In this document: piece after piece, positions 12,983 to 23,553 of the stretch
Position numbering within the stretch: the stretch's first letter is position 1
Layout: each line of letters begins with the position of its first letter
Made by a program: the position numbers and the translations under genes
Assembly: GCA_032718475.1 (NCBI GenBank)
Contig: JAUCBJ010007366.1
Span: 1 to 64,000 of the forward strand
DNA length: 64,000 nt
Direction: 5' to 3'
Origin: Nemertoderma westbladi
Lineage: Eukaryota; Animalia; Xenacoelomorpha
Notes under the pieces: generated by a model
Database searches by the model: none
Told to the model about the DNA's origin: nothing
The model's input: the letters and a program-made list of their open reading frames with translations, nothing else

Positions 12983-14266
12983 GTTATTTATTACAGTATT
13001 AATAAAAAAAATGTTATTAATAGGCCTAAATAACAAAGTGTGTGAGTGTCTGCGTGTAGCTGTGTAGCATTAATTTAACTACTGAACTACCGGTCTGCCG
13101 GTACCGGTCTGCCGGTCCGGTAGCATACGGGCAGCATAGGTATATGTTAGCGTAGTATTTCTGTATTTGACTGTTTGATTAGGCCTACAGGATTACTTTA
13201 GTTCAGTACCGTTAGTCTGGTAGTTCAGTAGTTAGAAATATAATGTAGGCCCCTACAGCCCTATAATAATAGGGTTATTGAGCAGTTGAGGGCTAGGCTG
13301 CTAGGGCCGACAGGGCTCATTTAAGCCGTAACCCTTAAATTGTAATATAACCTTCTGACCTAGCAGGTGCAGCCTTGGTTTGATATTCTCGTTTTTAGAA
13401 GAACTGAAGAATCAAGAATGCAGAGCAGAATGCCAAAATAAAAGTACTGTATTATGTAGGCCAAGGCCATAGGCCTAATGAATTTTTTATCTACATTTAG
13501 TTACCGTATCTTGATGAATAAATTTATGATTCCAATTAGGCCTAGCCGGTAAATTTAATTTTTATAAGTACTACAGTACTATGATGCCAAGTGCCAAGGA
13601 CAGAAGGATGTGAACGTGAACGTGAACCTAATTTATTAGGCCTATTTTATTTAGTAATGTATTTTATTTAGCTAGGGGCCTACCGTTATTTAATAATCAG
13701 ATAAAAATAGTAATATTTTTATTGTTTATTGTTGTATTTACATTTAGGGGGCTTAAGTGGTTTAGGGCCTAATTTCTTTCTGTGCAAATTATCTTACTGT
13801 CTTAAGTAGTTATTAATTAGTTTCTTGAAGCGACCTTGTGTCTTTACTAAGCCTGTCGTACTGGTTCAGAGAGAGTATGTGTGTATGTAAGCATTCATCA
13901 TTCATTCTGTCGGTCATTGCATGTAGTGTAGTGTACAGGTGTAGGTACTGTACAGTACACTATAGGTTGCCCACAAACCTAGACGATGGCGATACATTGA
14001 GGTGGACTAAAGCTTTAAAACACTACAGAAATGTCTAGCTGACAGGCAGACGGATGCAGCAATGCAGTTAATGGAACATAAAAGTTTTGTCAGTATGATT
14101 TATACATAGAGCTGTACACTGCACAGTACCCCTTCGCCAGCCCTTACACTGCTTACAGCACTGGTAGATGGACTGGAAGCACTGGTAGGGGTTTTTATTT
14201 TGTAATCCGTAGTTACCGGTAAGCGCAGCTTACCGGTAGTAACTTTATTTAATTTAATTTTATTAG

Positions 14267-14444
14267 CTGCGCTTCAGGCGTTGAAAAGAAAGAAGCGATT
14301 AGAGAAGCAATTACAGCAGATAGATGGAACTTTGACTACCATAGAATTCCAACGCGAAGCCTTGGAGAATGCGCAAACCAATACTGAGGTTCTTAAGAAC
14401 ATGGGTTACGCTGCTAAGGCGATGAAGGCTGCGCACCAGCATCT
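14267..14444 (+). CDS. CHMP4: CHMP4 exon 2
   Basis: TTTTATTAG acceptor; AALQALKRKKRLEKQLQQIDGTLTTIEFQREALENAQTNTEVLKNMGYAAKAMKAAHQH; GTAAGT donor; phases match both neighbouring exons. Confidence 0.95.
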
Positions 14445-14619
14445 GTAAGTTACAAAGCGTCTTGTGGGGGGGGGGGGGGGGGGGTGGGTTCACATATGAA
14501 TCGAGTGGCAGAAAAATTAGGTTTAAGTTAACGCCATGAACTTGACTGCCTCCTAGGATAATTGCTAAAATTGTATTATAAATGGTTTGCTATGGTTGCT
14601 TGTGGGGCCATGACTCAGT

Positions 14620-14930
14620 GGCAAGACAAAGGGGATAAGTCATCGCGACGTGCTGTCACAGCTGCTGTGAATCCACTACTTCTCCTCTGCACCTTCGACC
14701 ACGGACATAGGAGAGCGATTCAAGAACGACTTGGCGTCAAGGTTGGTTGACCTAATATCAATCAACGCCTGAGTCTGCACATTGAATGCTCCCCTTATCC
14801 CCAAAGCGCAGCGCAGTCCGGATCCATCGCCGTCCTCTAGTTGCTCCCTCACAACTGGTTCCCGTGGCATTTCGGGGTCTAAATGTCAGACTTGCCAGAT
14901 TGCCGCCCGATGGTATCACGTAGTTGGTTT
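14620..14930 (-). mobile_element. Restriction-like endonuclease (RLE) domain fragment of a CRE/R2-type non-LTR retrotransposon
   Basis: REPVVRE...GLRCALGIRGAFNVQTQALIDIRSTNLDAKSFLNRSPMSVVEGAEEK matches the R.D......W/F....A..D.R..N.DA.S......V...AE.EK pattern. Confidence 0.6.
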
Positions 14931-15516
14931 AAAGTTTGTTTCGTTCCATCTTGTTTTTTCATTACCCGTAATTAATATTCTACAATTGAGTGAACAATCA
15001 TTAGAATTATATCGATTTACTTTGTAGAACCAAATCTTTTTAATTAGCGGGAAAGTAGACCCTTTATTCATACAATTATCTCAATTATCTCAATCTTAAT
15101 GGCATCTTTCCGGAAGGCATTTCGTCTTGCAAAATTTATATTATATACCTTTGAATGTTGATAATATCTCAGGAAGTTTTTGGTGAAATTGAAAACGGTT
15201 TTCAGATTCGGAATCTACAGTTGAAGGTGATTCTAATGATATAATATAGGGTGATTAATCGAGGGGTGGCGTTGTTTAACATTGCGTTCTTTTTCTAGTT
15301 TTAACATTTTATGCCCAGGCCCTTTTGAATATCCATCCAAATACATGATTTATTTGAACCTCACCAATAGGTGCAAGAAGGACAAAACTTCAAATAAATT
15401 GTATTGCAGTTCTGTAGAGTGTTAGAATAGAAGTCAAAGTCATACATATGTGAAAATATTATATTTACTATAAATTTTTAGTTTTTCAGTTTTCATCTTA
15501 GAATATTTTGTTATAG

Positions 15517-15631
15517 CGATGTTGATAACGTCGACGAATTAATGGACGACATTCAGGAGCAACAACAGATCGCGGATGAGATATCGAACGCAATCAGCCA
15601 ACCCGTTGGTTTCGGTCAGGATTACGACGAG
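15517..15631 (+). CDS. CHMP4: CHMP4 exon 3
   Basis: TTATAG acceptor; LDVDNVDELMDDIQEQQQIADEISNAISQPVGFGQDYDE; GTGAGT donor. Confidence 0.95.
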
Positions 15632-15749
15632 GTGAGTTTCAACCTTGGGAGAGTGTGTGTGATACCACTATCAAACCTTAGATCTAAACTTGTAGGAAAG
15701 GCAGTGGCTACAGAACCAGATATCTGAATCTACATAATTTATGCGAACA

Positions 15750-16815
15750 CTTGCAAAGTTCTTACCGCAAACACATTGGGACTGAAACAGCACTGTTGAA
15801 GGAATATAACGTCATACTTATTGGGGTAGATAATGGACAGGCGGCCCTGCTTATGATTCTAGAACATGAAGTCGGTGTAACTGATGTAGCGCTCAAGTGG
15901 TTTCGTTCATACCTTTGCGGATCGCACTCAAAAAGTTAAAGTTGTTACCGCTAATGTTTACTCGAAGAACAGGTCCCTGAGATTCGGTCTGCCACAGGCT
16001 TCACATTTAGGACCTTGTCTCCAACTCAGTGGATTTAAAATCGGCAGTTACAATTTCTGAAAAATGTTTAGTTGATATTCAATAGTGGATGAAAAATTAT
16101 CTATTGAAGATGAATAGCTATAAAACAGAAATACTCGAATACGTCGAAGTTCGGGCCAACATTGGGTGGTACAGAAACCCGCATCGGTGATGATATCATA
16201 ACCAGCAGCCCTTGTGCTAGGAACATCGGGGGGATCATGGATACACATATATCGTTTGATAAACAGATTATAAATGTTGTTAAGGAGTCATTTTTTAACC
16301 TGGGCAACCTAGCTAAAATTATGAGATTTCTCAGTTGAACCGATCTGGAGACCCTGGTTCATAGCACAGTTCTGTGTAGGATCGACAACCACAACTCTCT
16401 ATTTTATGGCCTGCCGTACAACATCTTGAAAAAGCTACAGTATGTGCAAAATGCTTCAGCACGACTAATTTCTGGTCTGCGGAAACGAGACCACATAACG
16501 CCAGCTTTAAAGCAGCTTCACTCACTGCCTACCTGTAGGACGCATTGAATTTTAAATGGCATTGAGATAACGTACAAATGCTTAAATGGAACTGGTCCTC
16601 AATATCTAGCGGATCTAATTTCGTATTATAGACCAGAACGAACACACGTTCCAGCAACCAGCAATTGCTAAACCAGCCGCTTTATAATTTAGTGAATTAT
16701 GGTAAACGTAGCTGCTCCGTCAATATGGAATAAATTGCCCGTGAATAAAAGCATTGCAGATACAGCCAAGATATTCAAAATCGATTAAAAACTCATTTAT
16801 TCCAAGAAGAGTACT
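15750..16815 (+). mobile_element. Decayed L2/CR1-group LINE RT and 3' region
   Basis: Broken-frame motifs QSSYRKHIGTETALLK, VTDVALKWFRSYL, DHITPALKQLHSLP and LKTHLF. Confidence 0.8.
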
Positions 16816-16912
16816 TACAATTAGAAGAAAAATATATATATCTGGTACATCTTGAGTATATATACTTGCACTTAGTACAATAGGTTTATTTGCGCCTAGA
16901 ACACTCTCCCCT

Positions 16913-19900
16913 CCTCTCCTCTCTAACTCTTTTAATCCGTTACTTGCCTCTCCTCTCTAACTCTGTTAATCCGTTACTTGCCTCTCCTCTGTAACTCTGT
17001 TAATCCGTTACTTGCCTCTCCTCTCTAACTCTGTTAATCCGTTACTTGCCTCGCCTCTGTAACTCCTGTTAATCCGTTACTTGCCTCTCCTCTGTAACTC
17101 TGTTAATCCGTTACTTGCCTCTCCTCTGTAACTCTGTTAATCCGTTACTTGCCTCTCCTCTGTAACTCTGTTAATCCGTTACTTGCCTCTCCTCTGTAAC
17201 TCTGTTAATCCGTTACTTGCCTCTCCTCTGTAACTCTGTTAATCCGTTACTTGCCTCTCCTCTGTAACTCTGTTAATCCGTTACTTGCCTCTCCTCTCTA
17301 ACTCTGTTAATCCGTTACTTGCCTCTCCTCTGTAACTCTGTTAATCCGTTACTTGCCTCTCCTCTGTAACTCTGTTAATCCGTTACTTGCCTCTCCTTAA
17401 CTCTGTTAATCCGTTACTTGCCTCTCCTCTGTAACTCTGTTAATCCGTTTCTTGCCTCTCCTCTCTAACTCTGTTAATCCGTTACTTGCCTCTCCTCTGT
17501 AACTCTGTTAATCCGTTACTTGCCTCTCCTCTGTAACTCTGTTAATCCGTTTCTTGCCTCTCCTCTCTAACTCTGTTAATCCGTTACTTGCCTCTCCTCT
17601 GTAACTCTGTTAATCCGTTACTTGCCTCTCCTCTGTAACTCTGTTAATCCGTTACTTGCCTCTCCTCTGTAACTCTGTTAATCCGTTACTTGCCTCTCCT
17701 CTGTAACTCTGTTAATCCGTTACTTGCCTCTCCTCTGTAACTCTGTTAATCCGTTACTTGCCTCTCCTCTCTAACTCTGTTAATCCGTTACTTGCCTCTC
17801 CTCTCTAACTCTGTTAATCCGTTACTTGCCTCTCCTCTGTAACTCTGTTAATCCGTTTCTTGCCTCTCCTCTCTAACTCTGTTAATCCGTTACTTGCCTC
17901 TCCTCTGTAACTCTGTTAATCCGTTACTTGCCTCTCCTCTGTAACTCTGTTAATCCGTTACTTGCCTCTCCTCTCTAACTCTGTTAATCCGTTTCTTTCC
18001 TCTCCTCTCTAACTCTGTTAATCCGTTACTTGCCTCTCCTCTCTAACTCTGTTAATCCGTTACTTGCCTCTCCTCTGTAACTCTGTTAATCCGTTTCTTG
18101 CCTCTCCTCTCTAACTCTGTTAATCCGTTACTTGCCTCTCCTCTGTAACTCTGTTAATCCGTTACTTGCCTCTCCTCTGTAACTCTGTTAATCCGTTTCT
18201 TGCCTCTCCTCTCTAACTCTGTTAATCCGTTACTTGCCTCCCCTCTGTAACTCTGTTAATCCGTTGCTTGCCTCTCCTCTGTAACTCTGTTAATCCGTTA
18301 CTTGCCTCTCCTCTCTAACTCTGTTAATCCGTTACTTGCCTCTCCTCTGTAACTCTGTTAATCCGTTTCTTGCCTCTCCTCTCTAACTCTGTTAATACGT
18401 TACTTGCCTCTCCTCTGTAACTCTGTTAATCCGTTACTTGCCTCTCCTCTGTAACTCTGTTAATCCGTTACTTGCCTCTCCTCTCTAACTCTGTTAATCC
18501 GTTACTTGCCTCCCCTCTGTAACTCTGTTAATCCGTTACTTGCCTCTCCTCTCTAACTCTGTTAATCCGTTTCTTTCCTCTCCTCTCTAACTCTGTTAAT
18601 CCGTTACTTGCCTCTCCTCTCTAACTCTGTTAATCCGTTACTTGCCTCTCCTCTGTAACTCTGTTAATCCGTTTCTTGCCTCTCCTCTCTAACTCTGTTA
18701 ATCCGTTACTTGCCTCTCCTCTGTAACTCTGTTAATCCGTTACTTGCCTCTCCTCTGTAACTCTGTTAATCCGTTTCTTGCCTCTCCTCTCTAACTCTGT
18801 TAATCCGTTACTTGCCTCCCCTCTGTAACTCTGTTAATCCGTTGCTTGCCTCTCCTCTCTAACTCTGTTAATCCGTTACTTGCCTCTCCTCTCTAACTCT
18901 GTTAATCCGTTACTTGCCTCTCCTCTGTAACTCTGTTAATCCGTTTCTTGCCTCTCCTCTCTAACTCTGTTAATCCGTTACTTGCCTCTCCTCTGTAACT
19001 CTGTTAATCCGTTACTTGCCTCTCCTCTGTAACTCTGTTAATCCGTTACTTGCCTCTCCTCTCTAACTCTGTTAATCCGTTACTTGCCTCCCCTCTGTAA
19101 CTCTGTTAATCCGTTACTTGCCTCTCCTCTCTAACTCTGTTAATCCGTTACTTGCCTCTCCTCTCTAACTCTGTTAATCCGTTACTTGCCTCTCCTCTGT
19201 AACTCTGTTAATCCGTTTCTTGCCTCTCCTCTCTAACTCTGTTAATCCGTTACTTGCCTCTCCTCTGTAACTCTGTTAATCCGTTACTTGCCTCTCCTCT
19301 GTAACTCTGTTAATCCGTTACTTGCCTCTCCTCTCTAACTCTGTTAATCCGTTACTTGCCTCTCCTCTGTAACTCTGTTAATCCGTTACTTGCCTCTCCT
19401 CTGTAACTCTGTTAATCCGTTACTTGCCTCTCCTCTGTAACTCTGTTAATCCGTTACTTGCCTCTCCTCTGTAACTCTGTTAATCCGTTTCTTGCCTCTC
19501 CTCTCTAACTCTGTTAATCCGTTACTTGCCTCTCCTCTCTAACTCTGTTAATCCGTTACTTGCCTCTCCTCTCTAACTCTGTTAATCCGTTACTTGCCTC
19601 TCCTCTGTAACTCTGTTAATCCGTTACTTGCCTCTCCTCTCTAACTCTGTTAATCCGTTACTTGCCTCTCCTCTGTAACTCTGTTAATCCGTTTCTTGCC
19701 TCTCCTCTGTAACTCTGTTAATCCGTTTCTTGCCTCTCCTCTGTAACTCTGTTAATCCGTTACTTGCCTCTCCTCTCTAACTCTGTTAATCCGTTACTTG
19801 CCTCTCCTCTCTAACTCTGTTAATCCGTTACTTGCCTCTCCTCTGTAACTCTGTTAATCCGTTTCTTGCCTCTCCTCTGTAACTCTGTTAATCCGTTACT

Positions 19901-22296
19901 TGCCTCTCCTCTGTAACTCTGTTAATCCGTTACTTGCCTCTCCTCTCTAACTCTGTTAATCCGTTACTTGCCTCTCCTCTCTAACTCTGTTAATCCGTTA
20001 CTTGCCTCTCCTCTGTAACTCTGTTAATCCGTTACTTGCCTCTCCTCTCTAACTCTGTTAATCCGTTACTTGCCTCTCCTCTGTAACTCTGTTAATCCGT
20101 TACTTGCCTCTCCTCTCTAACTCTGTTAATCCGTTACTTGCCTCTCCTCTCTAACTCTGTTAATCCGTTACTTGCCTCTCCTCTCTAACTCTGTTAATCC
20201 GTTACTTGCCTCTCCTCTGTAACTCTGTTAATCCGTTACTTGCCTCTCCTCTCTAACTCTGTTAATCCGTTACTTGCCTCTCCTCTCTAACTCTGTTAAT
20301 CCGTTACTTGCCTCTCCTCTGTAACTCTGTTAATCCGTTACTTGCCTCTCCTCTCTAACTCTGTTAATCCGTTACTTGCCTCTCCTCTGTAACTCTGTTA
20401 ATCCGTTACTTGCCTCTCCTCTGTAACTCTGTTAATCCGTTACTTGCCTCTCCTCTCTAACTCTGTTAATCCGTTACTTGCCTCTCCTCTCTAACTCTGT
20501 TAATCCGTTACTTGCCTCTCCTCTGTAACTCTGTTAATCCGTTACTTGCCTCTCCTCTCTAACTCTGTTAATCCGTTACTTGCCTCTCCTCTGTAACTCT
20601 GTTAATCCGTTACTTGCCTCTCCTCTGTAACTCTGTTAATCCGTTACTTGCCTCTCCTCTCTAACTCTGTTAATCCGTTACTTGCCTCTCCTCTCTAACT
20701 CTGTTAATCCGTTACTTGCCTCTCCTCTGTAACTCTGTTAATCCGTTACTTGCCTCTCCTCTCTAACTCTGTTAATCCGTTACTTGCCTCTCCTCTCTAA
20801 CTCTGTTAATCCGTTACTTGCCTCTCCTCTGTAACTCTGTTAATCCGTTACTTGCCTCTCCTCTGTAACTCTGTTAATCCGTTACTTGCCTCTCCTCTCT
20901 AACTCTGTTAATCCGTTACTTGCCTCTCCTCTGTAACTCTGTAAATCCGTTACTTGCCTCTCCTCTGTAACTCTGTTAATCCGTTACTTGCCTCTCCTCT
21001 CTAACTCTGTTAATCCGTTACTTGCCTCTCCTCTCTAACTCTGTTAATCCGTTACTTGCCTCTCCTCTCTAACTCTGTTAATCCGTTACTTGCCTCTCCT
21101 CTCTAACTCTGTTAATCCGTTACTTGCCTCTCCTCTCTAACTCTGTTAATCCGTTACTTGCCTCTCCTCTCTAACTCTGTTAATCCGTTACTTGCCTCTC
21201 CTCTCTAACTCTGTTAATCCGTTACTTGCCTCTCCTCTGTAACTCTGTAAATCCGTTACTTGCCTCTCCTCTCTAACTCTGTTAATCCGTTACTTGCCTC
21301 TCCTCTGTAACTCTGTAAATCCGTTACTTGCCTCTCCTCTGTAACTCTGTTAATCCGTTACTTGCCTCTCCTCTCTAACTCTGTTAATCCGTTACTTGCC
21401 TCTCCTCTCTAACTCTGTTAATCCGTTACTTGCCTCTCCTCTGTAACTCTGTAAATCCGTTACTTGCCTCTCCTCTCTAACTCTGTTAATCCGTTACTTG
21501 CCTCTCCTCTGTAACTCTGTAAATCCGTTACTTGCCTCTCCTCTGTAACTCTGTTATCCGTTACTTGCCTCTCCTCTCTAACTCTGTTAATCCGTTACTT
21601 GCCTCTCCTCTCTAACTCTGTTAATCCGTTACTTGCCTCTCCTCTGTAACTCTGTAAATCCGTTACTTGCCTCTCCTCTCTAACTCTGTTAATCCGTTAC
21701 TTGCCTCTCCTCTGTAACTCTGTTAATCCGTTACTTGCCTCTCCTCTCTAACTCTGTTAATCCGTTACTTGCCTCTCCTCTGTAACTCTGTAAATCCGTT
21801 ACTTGCCTCTCCTCTGTAACTCTGTTATCCGTTACTTGCCTCTCCTCTCTAACTCTGTTAATCCGTTACTTGCCTCTCCTCTCTAACTCTGTTAATCCGT
21901 TACTTGCCTCTCCTCTGTAACTCTGTAAATCCGTTACTTGCCTCTCCTCTCTAACTCTGTTAATCCGTTACTTGCCTCTCCTCTGTAACTCTGTTAATCC
22001 GTTACTTGCCTCTCCTCTCTAACTCTGTTAATCCGTTACTTGCCTCTCCTCTCTAACTCTGTTAATCCGTTACTTGCCTCTCCTCTCTAACTCTGTTAAT
22101 CCGTTACTTGCCTCTCCTCTCTAACTCTGTTAATCCGTTACTTGCCTCTCCTCTGTAACTCTGATGATCCGTTATTCACCTCTCCTCTGTAACTCTGATG
22201 ATCCGTTATTCACCTCTCCTCTGTAACTCTGTAAATCCGTTACTTGCCTCTCCTCTGTAACTCTGTTAATCCGTTACTTGCCTCTCCTCTGTAACT
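16913..22296 (+). repeat. 34-bp minisatellite array (~158 copies) in CHMP4 intron 3
   Basis: Unit AACTCTGTTAATCCGTTACTTGCCTCTCCTCT(G/C)T; period 34 (e.g. CCGTTA at 17581 and 17615). Confidence 0.98.
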
Positions 22297-22337
22297 ATAT
22301 GTATAATAAATTAACTGAATTTGATTGTTACATTTAG

Positions 22338-22455
22338 GACGATCTTATGGCGGAGCTGGAAGAATTAGAACAGGAGGAATTGGACGAAAAGTTAATAGGG
22401 GTGCCTTCAGCGGGAACAGAACTTCCATCGGTTCCTTCAGCGGAACCAAAAAAAG
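22338..22455 (+). CDS. CHMP4: CHMP4 exon 4
   Basis: CATTTAG acceptor; DDLMAELEELEQEELDEKLIGVPSAGTELPSVPSAEPKK (MIM2-like LPSVP); donor AAG|GTAAAT. Confidence 0.93.
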
Positions 22456-23537
22456 GTAAATTAGTTGGGCTGCTATCTCCTACACAAAGGTAAGATAGTT
22501 GGGCTGCTATCTCCTACACAAAGGTAAGTTAGTTGGGCTGCTATCTCCTACACAAAGGTAAGTTAGTTGGGCTGCTATCTCCTACACAAAGGTAAGTTAG
22601 TTGGGCTGCTATCTCCTACACAAAGGTAAGTTAGTTGGGCTGCTATCTCCTACACAAAGGTAAGTTAGTTGGGCTGCTATCTCCTACACAAAGGTAAGTT
22701 AGTTGGGCTGCTATCTCCTACACAAAGGTAAGTTAGTTGGGCTGCTATCTCCTACACAAAGGTAAGTTAGTTGAGCTGCTATCTCCTACACAAAGGTAAG
22801 TTAGTTGGGCTGCTATCTCCTACACAAAGGTAAGATAGTTGGGCTGCTATCTCCTACACAAAGGTAAGTTAGTTGGGCTGCTATCTCCTACACAAAGGTA
22901 AGTTAGTTGGGCTGCTATCTCCTACACAAAGGTAAGTTAGTTGGGCTGCTATCTCCTACACAAAGGTAAGTTAGTTGGGCTGCTATCTCCTACACAAAGG
23001 TAAGTTAGTTGGGCTTTTATCTCCTACACAAAGGTAAGTTAGTTGGGCTGCTATCTCCTACACAAAGGTAAGTTAGTTGGGTTGCTATCTCCTACACAAA
23101 GGTAAGTTAGTTGGGCTGCTATCTCCTACACAAAGGTAAGTTAGTTGGGCTGCTATCTCCTACACAAAGGTAAGTTAGTTGGGCTGCTATCTCCTACACA
23201 AAGGTAAGTTAGTTGGGTTGCTATCTCCTACACAAAGGTAAGTTAGTTGGGCTTTTATCTCCTACACAAAGGTAAGTTAGTTGGGCTGCTATCTCCAACA
23301 CAAAGGTAAGTTAGTTGGGTTGCTATCTCCTACACAAAGGTAAGTTAGTTGGGCTGCTATCTCCTACACAAAGGTAAGTTAGTTGGGCTGCTATCTCCTA
23401 CACAAAGGTAAGTTAGTTGGGCTGCTATCTCCTACACAAAGGTAAGTTAGTTGGGCTTTTATCTCCTACACAAAGGTAAGTTAGTTGGGCTGCTATCTCC
23501 TACACAAAGGTAAGTTAGTTGGGCTGCTATCTCCTAC
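22452..23537 (+). repeat. 34-bp minisatellite (~32 copies) beginning at the exon 4 donor; each unit contains AAG|GTAAGT
   Basis: Unit AAAGGTAAGTTAGTTGGGCTGCTATCTCCTACAC. Confidence 0.97.
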
Positions 23538-23553
23538 GATTTAGGGAGTTGAA

